A stretch of 47,835 nucleotides of DNA from Octopus bimaculoides (GCF_001194135.2 NC_068983.1:137873983-137921817); one strand, 5' to 3'. Positions 24,248 to 36,917 are shown, counted from the stretch's first letter. The notes: generated by a model not told the origin, from the letters alone. Made by a program: numbers and translations.

Positions 24248-24560
24248 CGTTTTGTGTGCACAGTTTGTGACAGACCATGCCTCATTTGCGGACTCATGAA
24301 AAACGAACTTCCATCAACTCATTTGCGGACTCATGAAAAACGAACTTCAACCAACTACTCTGCCTATCTGTCTGTGCATACCTATCAATGCTATGTATGC
24401 CATAAGGTTTGCCAATCTCATAGAGCCCTCAAAAGGCATTTTAAGATCCACAAAGATTAGGACTTAACAGGTCCTGAACAGATATGTAATTTATGTGGAT
24501 GTCTTTTCAAAACTTTGGTTTAAAAGCCCACATCAGATGTCACGATAGATCTAAGGTGTA
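24248..24560 (+). pseudogene. Decayed three-finger C2H2 module paralogous to 6-362
   Basis: FVCTVCDR..HLRTHEKR, CYVCHKVCQSHRALKRHFKIH, stop, ICNLCGCLFKTL, frameshift, GLKAHIRCH. The order and finger types match 6-362. Confidence 0.75.
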
Positions 24561-24946
24561 AATTTATTATCGTTCTTATTTTATCTTATGTCTATTGCCT
24601 GGAAATCTTTCGTCATACATCTCTAACCACTTCAGTGACTCTTTCATCCACTGTCTCCTCTCGTTCTGTTTAGTCTATTCTCTAACCAGAGACAAAACAA
24701 AACAGGAGAAAATAGTGGGGAGAAGCGTTGCTGAAGAGCTCAGAGATGTGTGACGTAAGATTTCCAGATAATGAACATAAGATAAAATAAGAACAATAAT
24801 AAACGAGTGAAGGAGGAATATATAGTCGACATGTTTATTTGGCAAAAAGAAAAAAATATGACCGTCCCGAAATATAAGAAAATATATATGCTTTTCCAGC
24901 TGTGTCTATGTTTATGTAATCGTGTTTTCATGTATTCATACATACA

Positions 24947-25194
24947 CAGTAATCTCTCGCCATATCGCGGTTCACCTCTCGCAGTTCACCTATTGCGGTT
25001 CATCTATCGCGATTTACATATCGCAGTTTATTATTTAAGCTTACGTTGATTCCTCCGTGTTTCTGTTTTGCTTTTATAATAAAATGAATAATAACAAATT
25101 ATAAAAATAATTAAAAAATACACAGTACAGTACTGTTTCACCTATCGCGGGAGGGTTTTTGAACGTAATACCCGTGATAGTCGAGGGATTACTG
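24947..25194. mobile_element. Tigger/pogo-like MITE
   Basis: TIRs cagtaatctctcgccatatcgcgg / cccgtgatagtcgagggattactg followed by TA; internal 14-bp tandem repeats. Confidence 0.75.
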
Positions 25195-25629
25195 TATGTG
25201 TATTTGAATGTGTGTATATGTGTATGTGTGTGAGTGAATGTGTGTGTGTGTGTGTATGCGTGTGTGCGTGTGTGTGTGTGTGTGTGTGTGCACGTGTGTG
25301 TCTGTTTAGATACCTACGATTGCTCTTTACCCGTGATCAACTCTCACAAACTTCCTTCCCTCTTGCAACTATTCCTTCACCACCACAAACCTCCACTCCT
25401 CCTCCACTTTTCCCAACCCTTGCCAAGATGTCCATTCTCATCTCTTTCACTCCCATAATCAATCCACTTCCATTCGCATTGTGGATATCTCATAGTACTG
25501 AAACTAACCAAACTTCAATGACCAATCATACCTAACCATCACCATTAGCGTCTAGAAATTCTCCTTCAACCCCACCATCCTTAACACTGTGTACATCCCA
25601 CCTACCATTTATGCATTCAGTTACTCTTC

Positions 25630-25701
<72 letters not shown>

Positions 25702-27194
25702 CTGGGGGCGACAAGTACTTAGGAACATCATAAGACCAATTAGGATAAAGAAATCCAATTTGGAAGTCTGAGTTTCAGTACATTTCACCACTAACCGTGA
25801 AGCCAACAACATATATTTTCCTAACAGCGAACTGATGTTTTCAGTAAGACTTCTTTCAGCTTATCAGGAAGATCAAATTTAGAAAAGGCTAATTTTTTCT
25901 TCTAAAAAGCTCTTCACTCTTCACAAACAAAGTTAAGGCCTCTAAGTAAGTCCTTCTGACAATACCTTCTTCAATTCAAAAACAAAAACCAAAAATGAAT
26001 ACAAGAGTATATTTTGTTGGGTTCACAGTTATAGATTAAAAGTTAAGAATTAAAAGTATGTGCACGTAGGTGCATATTTACATATACATACACACTCTAT
26101 CAGGCACACACATACGTGTGTGTGCGTGTGTGCGCGCGCTATATAACATTTCATTCATATATTTAGGTACGTGCATATTATATGTATTTGTATGTTCACG
26201 CTTGCAAACATAAAACAGACATGTACCAAATACAAAAAAATAAAGATAAATAAAATAAAACAAAAGCAAACGAAACAAAACAATATATATTATATATATA
26301 ATATTAAAATGCTTCAACGAATATATCTTTGCATATCGGATATGATATTTAAAATGGAAACCAAAAAAAAAAAAAAAAAAAGGACTTGTTCTTTTCACAC
26401 ACATCCATTATCAGTGCGCAGAATTTGATTATAAACATCTAAACTATTTCAACTTTCCTTAGGCTTTTGAATACTTTCGTCGAAATACCTGTTAAAGCTC
26501 TTTAAATTCACTGCTTCGTTTCACTGCATTTTGCATTTTCATTACTGTGTAGCTGATGCAGATTTTTCCATTGCTTTTTACGTTGGCAAACGTAATGTAT
26601 TCTTGATTATAATTTTATTCTAACATGTATTTTACAATATTTGTATTTATGCATTTTATTTAAGCTTATTATAATGTAGCATATGCAACTTATTTTCTCT
26701 CTTTCTCTCATACTCTCTCAGGCTACACGGAAAACCACACACATATGTATGTATATACATACACATAATGGGTAAAAATACATTAACATATGTGTGTGTA
26801 TACGGGTGTATGTAAGTGATATGTTCATCTTTTCTTCCTTAGTTCTTCTTTTCTCCATTTCATATTTTCCATTTCCTATCATAAGAATTTTTATTCGTCT
26901 TAATTTTCAGCACAGTTCACTTTTGGCACTCTTGGAGATAGTGACATGAGAAATTCATTTCACGCCTGGCTAACCATAAATACTCCAAACGTTGAGATGA
27001 TAATTCTACTGAGGCTTTCTTCTGGCAAGGGTCCTGCGATGAGGAATACTCAGCAAAATATTCTTCGCTTTAGGAAAAGAACAGTAATATCTCATTAAAG
27101 AATTGATTGGCAAGGCGACACAGCGTTACTAAGGAATAATAAAATATGAGGCTAATACAAAAAGAGAAAAAAAATCACTTAATATTGAATTCTA

Positions 27195-28455
27195 ACATAG
27201 GTACAAGGTCGAACATATTTTTGGTGGTGAGTAAAATTGATTAAATCAGCTTCTTTACTTGACTGGTCCTTTATTTTATTATTATCAGTAGGGTGAAGGC
27301 CACTAGCTGTTAGAATTGTTAGCATACTGGGCAAAATATGCGTAGCGGCATTTCGTGCGTCTTTGCGTTCTGATTTCAAATGCCACCGAAGACGACTTTG
27401 TCCTTCATCCTTTCGGGGTCGAAAAAATAAGTACAAGTCGATTATTGGGGTCGATTTAATCGACTGATCCGCTCCTCCAGATTCTTAGGCCTTGTGTCTA
27501 TAGCAGAAAGGATTATTACCAGCGAGGGATGCGAGCTAGCAGAATCGTTAGCACGGCGATCAAAATGCTTTGCGGCATTTCGCCCGTTTTCATGCTTGAG
27601 TTCAAATACCGTCAGGGTCAACCTTGCCTTTCACCCTTTCGGGGCCGATAAAATAAATACAAGTTGAACATTGGGTGGGGGTGGGGAGTCGATGTAATCG
27701 ACTTATCCCCACCTGTTAAATTGGTGGCCTGTGCCAAAAGTTGAAACCACTTATTATCAGAAGGACGAACGAAGTCGATCTAGGTGGATTTGAAACAGAG
27801 TAAAGTAACGTAGTAACACCGGTTGTATCCTTCCGTCGCCGTAAGATCGCAGAGTATTTTCACGCCAGACAAACTCTGGATTAGAAGAATCGATAGATTG
27901 TCAGAAAAATGTCTTTTGGAATTCAATTACGCGTCTTTATATCCTGGGTTCAAATCTCATTGGGATGTTGACATTGCCTTTCATCCTTCATAAAGCAAAT
28001 ACAACTCAGTAGAATAGCTTGATTAATAACGACAGAAATGCAGTGGGTTAGAAAATCGGATAGATAGTTAGAAAATACCTTTTGATAATTTATTACACAT
28101 CATAAAACGCTGAGTTCAAATCCTATAGGAGTGTAGACATTGCCTTTCATCCTTAATAATTTTAATTCTATTAGTGGTCTCAATTAATCAACAATGCTGC
28201 ATCAACACCAGTTGTGTGGTATTGTCTACAGGTTAGAAACTAATATTATTAATAAAAATATAAAAGTGGGCTAGCAGAATCGGTAGAAATATCTTGTGAC
28301 AATTACGTCCGTTTACGTAAGAAGTTCAAACGCAGCCAAAATAAACTTAGACTTTTATCCTCCTAAGGCAGATAAAATAAATTCCTGTTAAGCATAATCG
28401 GTATAATTGGTTACGCCCCTCCAATTAAATTTGTAGCCTTGTGACTAAAATAGAA
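27195..28455 (+). mobile_element. Array of about five same-strand SINE copies plus small antisense fragments
   Basis: Repeated agaatcg..aaaat..gttcaaat..ttgcctttcatcctt units start near 27291, 27522, 27875, 28040 and 28266. Confidence 0.8.
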
Positions 28456-28659
28456 ATAATTATGATAATGACAATGTTTTCTTTATTCACTAAGAGCTTA
28501 CAAAGATGTCGAGGACAGTACAGGATGATACAATACAATACGGGATCCAGATAAAAGTGCGTAAACAGTAAAATAATAAAAACAAAGAAACGATGACCTC
28601 AACCAAGAAATAATTTCGCAAAATGTGTGTGTGTGTGTGTATGTATGTGAGAGTGTGTG

Positions 28660-29035
28660 AGGGTTGCTCACAGAAACCCCACAAAATGGTCAACCGTACC
28701 ACTAGGGTAAGTACTTTCTCTCTTTCCTCCTTCTTCAATCAACAGGCGGATGCTCAGAACAGTCCTGCTAACTCGGGCCATCTCATATCCCATTTGCTGA
28801 AAGGCAGCACTTCTCCCCCAAACCTTACATTCCTTTTCAAGTGGAACTTGAAAATGTCGATGAGGGCTCGACCAGAGAGGAAGGTGTTTGTCGTCAGCTC
28901 TTTCAATCTGGTACGCTACACACCCTTCTTCGCTAAGGGCGCGAGACTGATAAAAACAGCTTGTCCTTCCCGGCTCGGCCAAAGGAAGGCAGCAGGACAA
29001 TCTTCACAACGGACTCAGCTGATAGTAGGATCCAT
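28660..29035 (-). mobile_element. Decayed Tx1/L1-like LINE 3' end
   Basis: Across frameshifts: ILLSAESVVKI..PSF.R.GK / AKKGV*RTRLKELTTNTFLSGRALIDIFKFHLKRNVR...W. Assignment rests on recalled similarity. Confidence 0.45.
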
Positions 29036-29037
29036 AC

Positions 29038-29058
29038 TGCTGCTGCTGCTGCTACTGT

Positions 29059-29110
<52 letters not shown>
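29038..29110. repeat. (CTG)n(CTA)n trinucleotide repeat
   Basis: Direct inspection. Confidence 0.95.
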
Positions 29111-29111
<1 letters not shown>

Positions 29112-29999
29112 GTTATTGTTTCTTGTCTTTTCTGGAACCTTGTAGAATTCTGCATTTGGGAGCGAATTGTAACTAACAAATTTGGCTTTTGAGCTTATTT
29201 TATTCAGCGTTTTATCTAACTCTTCGAACTTTTGTCAGTATTCCAACTATTCCTGCATATAAAAGCTTTGTATGCATTTTGCTTTAATTTTGATCCTGAT
29301 TTTTGGTTATCAGTACGTAGCCTTTTAGAGCCCATACCTATTGGTATTACATTTCATTTTCTTCAATGAGTACATAATTTAAATTTGTCTCTGGAGTGAT
29401 CCTGTAACTTTTCTTTGGTCACTTCAATTCTAGTATTTCCAAATTTTGCAGTAAATTAACTCATTTTAAATTCACTGCAAAAATATTAGGTTTCTAACTC
29501 TGTTATTTATGGCCACACTGGAAGGCGAAATCCAAAACGATTTTAGTATTAATAGACTCAATTAGATTGAAATAGTGTTTTCATAGGTAACTCAATCATT
29601 CTTAATTCACACCTTCCATGGCTCTGCAGATGAGCCATGCAACGTTGTGTCTTTTTGAACATATTTATGCACATTCTAAGCACATTCACACTTTTTGATG
29701 AACATTCTAAGCGCACTCACGCTTTTTAATGCTCATTCTATGCTGTGGACAACCAGTGTTTTTTTTTTTTATCTATATTCAACGTTGATGTAGTTTATTC
29801 TCAGGATCTGTCTGGTCATTAGGCTTCAGGTTTTTGTTCACAAAATTTTTCTATCAATGGCTGTCATTTAACCGGCTCTACATAGTCAGTTATCTTAAAA
29901 GCTGTCGATAGATTTTTCTTTCTTTGTCAAGCGTTCTCAATTTTTTTTTTAATAATCAGATATCATTTTTGAATTCTTTTTAAATACAAATTCTGCATT

Positions 30000-30790
30000 C
30001 TTAATCCACTTTTCATGATCCTTCCCAACAGCGTCTCTGCAGTTTTCCTTACGTAGCTTATACTATTTTTTCGCTGCTCTGTATGTATTCTACACAATAA
30101 TTAATCTCCTACTTACATTTTACGGATTGTATAAATCCCATTAACATCACTTTTGAGGTGTAATGCTCGTATATATAAGCAATGCTTTTCAAGTTTTTCT
30201 ACTTAAATCAACGCTTCCTTCTGAACCCCCTTTAGGATTTCTCTATTATACGTCAAAAGAGATATGGTTCATGTGTTAATGGCAGGAGTCTTATTTTTAC
30301 TATTTTGCTGAGATTTAAGCACTAATTTTAAGTTTCTAAAATATTCCTTTCTAAGCACTTCCTTCATGTTAGCTTCATTCATCTTATCTAGCTCTGTAAT
30401 ACATACGTATATATAACCTTTTACCTATCTATTTTATGATTTTCTTATCTGGTAATTATATCCCATTCCTTCCCATCATCTTTCTTCTTTTCATTATTAA
30501 AACTTCACGGTTTTTAATCCCAAACTCCATCCCAATATCTTTACTAAATTCATCTTCTGCCGATACTAAAGTGTCTATTTGATCTTCACTCTTTGCAAAT
30601 AGTTTCAAGTCATCCATAAATATTAGGTGATTTACTTTATGTTGCCTACCTTCAATAATATATACATCCATTACAAATCTTCGCAGCAATGTTAAAGTAT
30701 CATGCATATCACCAATAACAAAGGATACATACTGTCATCCAGAAACATTTTCTGTTGGATTTAATACTTTCTATCATCGCTAGAATAGTT
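30000..30790 (-). mobile_element. Decayed R4/Dong-like (RLE) LINE reverse transcriptase and thumb
   Basis: DSMYPLLLVICMI (GDSLSP motif), KVNHLIFMDDLKLFAKSEDQIDTLV..FSKDIGMEFGI, MKEVLRKEYFRNLKLVLKS..AINT, ALHLKSDVNGIY. Confidence 0.8.
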
Positions 30791-31094
30791 TGATTTTGTT
30801 TTCCATTTACTCACACTCTTTACAATTAACTTTCTTATATTCTTCACTATCTCTACAGTCTCCAACAATTCAAACATTCACGAATAGAAAATCATGTCAT
30901 AGGCCATTATTATGTTAAGGTAAAACATCTTGCTGTATTTACTTTCTACCTTTCATGTTCGAAATCAAAATCCCACCGGTGTCAACTTGGTCTTTTATCC
31001 TTTCACAGATCATAAAAAATGATCTAGTAATATTTTTTTATCAGGATTATATATCAGAACCGGTAGAGTAACAGACAAAATGACTTTCTTTGAC

Positions 31095-31200
31095 TTACTC
31101 TTTTACTCTTTTATAGGTTCCAGTCACTGAATTACGGCCAGCCTGGAGCACCGACTTCAAGCATTTTGCTCGATCATGTCAGTCCCATAATTTATTCCAG
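31095..31200 (-). mobile_element. SINE 3' tail fragment of the same family as 495-700
   Basis: cttttactcttttataggttccagtcactgaattacggccagcctggagcacc is the reverse complement of the tail at about 640-690. Confidence 0.55.
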
Positions 31201-31287
31201 TGTAGTATATATTTTCTCGATCTCCATCAAATGGTTATATTACTTTTGAAGGTGAAGAGATGGAATTCAATGCAGCATTTTACACCG

Positions 31288-31332
<45 letters not shown>

Positions 31333-31961
31333 TAAATTCTAGGGCTACCTGTTAAGAGGAACATGGTAACGATACTTAGAAGAAAGAACTCAAAGTATTA
31401 AATCTGAGTCAATATGTTTTATTAAATCAATGAATCCAATGAAAGGTATTTCGTTTTGTTCGAAATTAAAAAAAATTCGACTGACTGTCTTAATAACATT
31501 TTATTCCCGTATATAACACGAAAGGCAAAGTAAAAGCAAAATATAGTCTTTAATTTCACGTTCAGGAAGAAAAAAAAACAGAAATGTCTTTGGTCTTTTT
31601 TGAACTTAAACCCTTCTTCAGAAGAATGGATCGAGAATTAAAAAAAGAAAGAAAAAGAGAATAAAAGAGAATAAATTGAAGGAATGCGTACGTTGATTCA
31701 CATCAATCTATGTTGGATATATATATAACGTAAAGCCAAGGGAAAAAAGAAGTTTCATGCACAGTAGAGCATAGAGGATGTAACGAACAGATTAGTTTGG
31801 ATGAGTGTATACACGTGTATCTGTTGAGTTATGTGCACGTAATTAAGCTTATGCCTGTGTGTGTGTGCGTAGTTTGTTTTAGTGATATGTGTGTGTGTGT
31901 ACGCGTGCGCGCACGTGTGTGTGTGTGTGCGTGTTTATTTTATTTTTGATATATTCGTTGT

Positions 31962-32177
31962 AAAGTGGGGAGCTGGTAGAATCGTTAGCGCACCGGACAA
32001 AATGCTTCGCGGCATTTAGTCCGTCTTTACGTTGTGATTTCCAATTCCGCCGAGATCGACTTTGCCTCTCAACCTTTCGAATACTATGAAATAAGTATCA
32101 GTTGCTCATTGGGGTTGATGTAATCGACTTTCTCCTCCCCCCAACCTGCTGGCCTTGTGCCAAAATTTGAAACCAAT
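31962..32177 (+). mobile_element. tRNA-derived SINE
   Basis: gagctggtagaatcgttagc..aattccgccgagatcgactttgcc..ggccttgtgccaaaatttgaaacc. Confidence 0.85.
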
Positions 32178-32189
32178 ATGTTCATTGTG

Positions 32190-32830
32190 AGTACAAAGTG
32201 CATTCCAGAAGTTTTGAGACTTTTTTCAGGATAGACATTCCTTAATTCTAATTTCTTTGGAAGTAGAATCCTTTGACTCCAGTCACTTTGTGAAGGTCTC
32301 GTGGAAGTCCTCCAAAGTGATGGTGTCCAGAATCCTTCTCACAGATTTCTTCATCTTCAAAACGACTGCATCTGAAGTTCTACAGCTTTCGGGAGCAATT
32401 AAAAGTTACAATGAACAAGGTCTGGATTGTAGGGTGGGTGAGGGATAGTTTTAATGCCCATATCTCTCTCAGGTAGTTGGGTACCAGGATGCTCATCACT
32501 GAGTACCCTGCAAACAATTTTTGATTATATTTTGCGTATATTCAGATCTTCATTAATAATTCTGTGTCCAGTTGTCACACCAACTCCAAACTATGTTAAT
32601 TTTCTTTATAAACACACACCAATCTTCATCCAGAGAAATACGAATTTTCTCAACCAGCTCTGATGTTCCGACATCCCTCTACCTCCCATACCGCTCATTG
32701 TCTCTTACCTCCTCTCCATCGTCTTTGAACCTCTTTTGCCAGCGAAAAAGTTAATTCATAAGCAGTCTGGAACATTTCATAAATATTTGTCCAGTTTAAC
32801 ACAAAACTTCATTGCATAGCGAGCAAACTA
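32190..32830 (-). mobile_element. Internally deleted, decayed mariner element
   Basis: RYAMKFCVKL..YEMFQTA, FRWQKRFKD..VRDNER.GR, RVL joined directly to NYL..GIKTIPHPPYNPDLVHCNF, and LDTITLEDFHETF. Confidence 0.8.
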
Positions 32831-34304
32831 ATCAAGTGTGACAAACAGTGTTTAGTAGGACGTGTTTAAAAAACAGTTGGCAGGTAGCTTATTAGGTGTA
32901 TAGCAATGAAATACTGAAATTACAATTATCTGAGTATAAGTTATTTCAAAATAGTGTACAACGGCCTCTCTACGTGAAGCCAAATAAATCAAGTGCAAAA
33001 TAGATGATGTTTTAATAAATTATAATATTTAGCTTAAAATCAATTCTTCCCAATTTTTTTGCATTGATTTAAAAAGGGATGATTTTTTATGCACAATAAA
33101 ATATTCAGGATATCTTGTTTTTGATTTCTTTTTGTTATTGACGAAGACAGAAAGTAGTAAGAAAATCAACATTGGGAATACATAATAANNNNNNNNNNAA
33201 AATCCGAACTTACAAGGAAATACAATTTGATAATATCAGATTGAGTCGTATATTGAAAAATATTTTAATAATTTAGAGAAGAACCACCATGGTGCAACTC
33301 GCACGAAGAAGGAGATCAGACACCATAAAAAAAAAAGTGTACTATACAAAACTAGTTTAAAAATCTAAAAAATCTAAGGGAGAATTTATAATAATAAAAT
33401 CTATGAAATATTGGACTAAGAATTAAAATCGGTTACGTTTAAGAAACAAAAGTGGGAGAAAGACGTCGCGCGTTTCATGGCCACATAACAGTGGGAAACA
33501 TCTGGTCAATCTACAATGAATCGAACAAGATAAATACCACTCAATATGAGGACACTCTTCAGGTCCGGTAACTTCAAAAACGTATCTTGAATTAAAAAAT
33601 GCATAAAATAAGAAAAGTATAAAAATCTGTCCGTTTAAGCAACATTTAGTACAAAGGAAATTGTCAAGGTTTTATAATAAAGCACATCAAATAGCAATAA
33701 ATATCTGTAGATAAAGAAAAGGAAACATATATAACGAAAGTGTGATTAGCTAGTAAAGGGAAAAAAATGTGCAAGAATATAAGGAAAAAAGGCAACATCA
33801 CTTAACGAGGAAACTTGGTTGACTGAGGTACTGTCCAAAAGCAAAAAAAAAAAAAGAATTATTAATATATATATATATATATANNNNNNNNNNNNNNNNN
33901 NNNNNNNNNNNNNNNNNNNNNNNNNNNNNNNNNNNNNNNNNNNNNNNNNNNNNNNNNNNNNNNNNNNNNNNNNNNNNNNNNNNNNNNNNNNNNNNNNNNN
34001 NNNNNNNNNNNNNNNNNNNNNNNNNNNNNNNNNNNNNNNNNNNNNNNNNNNNNNNNNNNNNNNNNNNNNNNNNNNNNNNNNNNNNNNNNNNNNNNNNNNN
34101 NNNNNNNNNNNNNNNNNNNNNNNNNNNNNNNNNNNNNNNNNNNNNNNNNNNNNNNNNNNNNNNNNNNNNNNNNNNNNNNNNNNNNNNNNNNNNNNNNNNN
34201 NNNNNNNNNNNNNNNNNNNNNNNNNNNNNNNNNNNNNNNNNNNNNNNNNNNNNNNNNNNNNNNNNNNNNNNNNNNNNNNNNNNNNNNNNNNNNNNNNNNN
34301 NNNN

Positions 34305-35003
34305 GCTTGGAAGTCGTTTTCTATAAGCAAGATGAGGAACTTCTGCGACAACGGTGTTAAAACGGCAACCTTTGAGCTGCATTTTCATATTGAGGGAGAG
34401 AGGGAAGTCCGCAGATGATGAAGCTGGCGAAAAGGGCGGATGTGAAAGCGATACTATGTTGTTTTTGGCGAGAAACTCACGAGTGAGGTGAGCTCAGTGA
34501 CGGAGTGCATCGTCGTCGTGAAGAATCCAATTCTTCGCGCTCCACAGCTCCTGTCGCTTTCGTCAAATGTCCTCCGTCAAACGCTTCAAAACGTCGCTGT
34601 AGAACTCTCGATTGACGGTCTGGCCCTGGAGGACGAATTCACGATGCATAATACCGCGGATGTTGAAAAAAACGATGAGCATGCTCTTGACTGAGCTGCG
34701 GCTCTGTCGTACCTTTTGAAGCGCCCGTGCCATTCGAAACATTGCGCACGATCCATTGCCTCGTCGCCGTAAGCTTGCCGAAGCATGCTCAATATCCCTG
34801 TAGCGGACTTTCCAAGTTAAACGACATGTTGACTCTTTGTTCCAACTCCCTGTCCATGACAAAAATCGCGGATTACAGAGTACACGTGATCACAAATTTT
34901 ACAACTCGCGAAGGTCACTCGGCACACAACCTCATGAAGGTCACTGCTGCCATCTGTTAGCACACTACAGAACTAGTCCGAGAATTATTTTGATACCACT
35001 TCG
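34305..35003 (-). mobile_element. Internally deleted mariner element; 3' end lost in the N gap
   Basis: TA-CGAAGTGGTATCAAAATAATTCTCGGACTAG TIR, MDRELEQRVN, SMLRQAYGDEAMDRAQCFEWHGRFK fused to KVRQSRSSVKSMLIVFFNIRG, WILHDDDA, HPPFSP and MQLKGCRF. Confidence 0.9.
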
Positions 35004-35803
35004 TACACTCACATACGCGCGCGCACACACGGATTTATAAATATATATATACTCATATATATACTCAGACATTCATATTACATATATATATATATATATT
35101 TGTATATACATTAGTACAAATACACACACACACATATATACATACATACAAAGACAGTCACACATTTTCACACAATACGTCCGCAAACACACGCCCATAT
35201 ACACTACATACAAATACATGTGTGTGTGTATAAATATAAATACGTGTGTGTGTATTTTTGTGTAAGAAGAATCCATAACTTTCACAAATGTATGAGATTC
35301 ACGCTGCTTCTAATGAATGTCAGATAATTTTATTTTCTAAACTGCCTGGTTCATTGATTTGTGTTCTGTTTCAAGATAAAAGATAAAAATATATTTGAAA
35401 AGAAAACGTAGCATATATAATATAAATAAACCACAAATGTCCAAAATCATACCCCATGAGATCAATCTTATGTTTTTTTACAAAGAAGCTATTCATTTCA
35501 GAAAACTACTGTAGATAACACCTGTAGAGCTAACACTTTAGAAAACAACAGTGAATTCTAACGTCTTCATCTTTTGAAATGTATTTATGATATGGTAAAT
35601 CATGAAATAATTATTTAACAAATTTATTTATTGTAAACAATTATTATACGTTTATTGTAAATATTATGTTTATATTTAATTGGTCGTATTGTATTGGAAT
35701 ACATTGTAAATGCTCACACCGTTTTACTTGTGTTAACGTTGAAAGATAATCTCGGATTCTATCTGTAATTGAGTTAAGGTGTCAGTGCATTTTTTGCTTT
35801 GTG

Positions 35804-35891
35804 GTCACATGACAAAAACGGGTGTTGCGTGCGATAATGCCGGAAGAATGTTGAGATGATTAATAGAAACAAGTAGCCATCACGTGGATGG
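35804..35891. promoter_or_regulatory. Candidate promoter motif cluster (E-boxes and ETS site)
   Basis: GTCACATGAC at 35804-35813, TTGCGTG at 35825-35831, CCGGAAG at 35840-35846 and CACGTG at 35881-35886, in locally CpG-retaining DNA amid AT-rich unique sequence. Confidence 0.25.
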
Positions 35892-36917
35892 TACTGGAAC
35901 ATTCTTGCTACATCGAAATATTTGTTTTACAAAGATAATCTTGGAATGTCAATGATATTTCGGATCTAGATTAAGCCAGTGATTTGATGTCCTTTGTTTC
36001 TTAACTCGAGATCAACTCTGGCTGCGCAGACCTGTTATGAAATACACTGTAACACAACCCAATGTTTCTCGCAATATCTTGAGCTATATTCTATAAAATG
36101 TTCTTCATTTTTTAAGATAGTAGGTTGTGGTTTGGCTCCGTTTCTAGCATGTTAAAGGATAGTGTATAATCTCTCACACAGTCTCCTTTGTAAGTGATTT
36201 GTTGATGGATTATTCGGTATTTAGGTGGTGGCAAAAAGCCAAAAGTCAAAGATAAAATAGATTTTATTGTAGATGAACGAAAACAATGCCGTTTGAGAGC
36301 TATAGTAATTTGGTACCTCGAAACTTCGAATAGACTAGAGATATGAGGTGTTTAGAATGCGAAGTTTATAGATTAGAACATACTGTTTGTTTGGATATTG
36401 TAATATACTGGAAACTAAAAGATAGTGAAGGCAAGTGTTTAGAAGCAACAAAGGAAAATAAACGTTTAGAACAGGTCTAAATTGATGTTTCGAGGGTACA
36501 AAATTTGATTTTTGGAAAGCAATAGTAATATTATTTATTTATGCTTTTCTAAAACGTATTGGTATTCAACCCGTTACAATTGGTACATTATCCCTGCTGC
36601 TTTATGTTTTAATGTTGAAATGTACGAGTGATTTGAAGACTCCTCAGTTTGTATATTGATAAACATGGGTTATCTCTGTCATTCCAGTCACGAAGCAAAT
36701 ACTTCGTTTATTCTGTGTATGTATGATACGTACAAAAGAGAATTAAAATATTTATCGTAATTTTTAGAGTATGAGGCTAAATAATGTTTACAATAATGAA
36801 ATGGAATTAATTACTAGATCTTGTAGAAAGATAATAGATTTACTATAGGTGAAATTAGACAAGCAAACCACGTTTCCAGTCACGCAAGAGTTTATAAATA
36901 TCACAGCATGAATATAG

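Noticed and set aside
27291-28455. CRISPR-like or satellite array
   Set aside because: Units are diverged SINE copies of irregular length in a eukaryotic context, with no conserved direct repeats and unique spacers.
28623-29192. 189-aa plus-strand ORF with a poly-Leu tract
   Set aside because: It is antisense to a LINE remnant and runs into a (CTA)n repeat.
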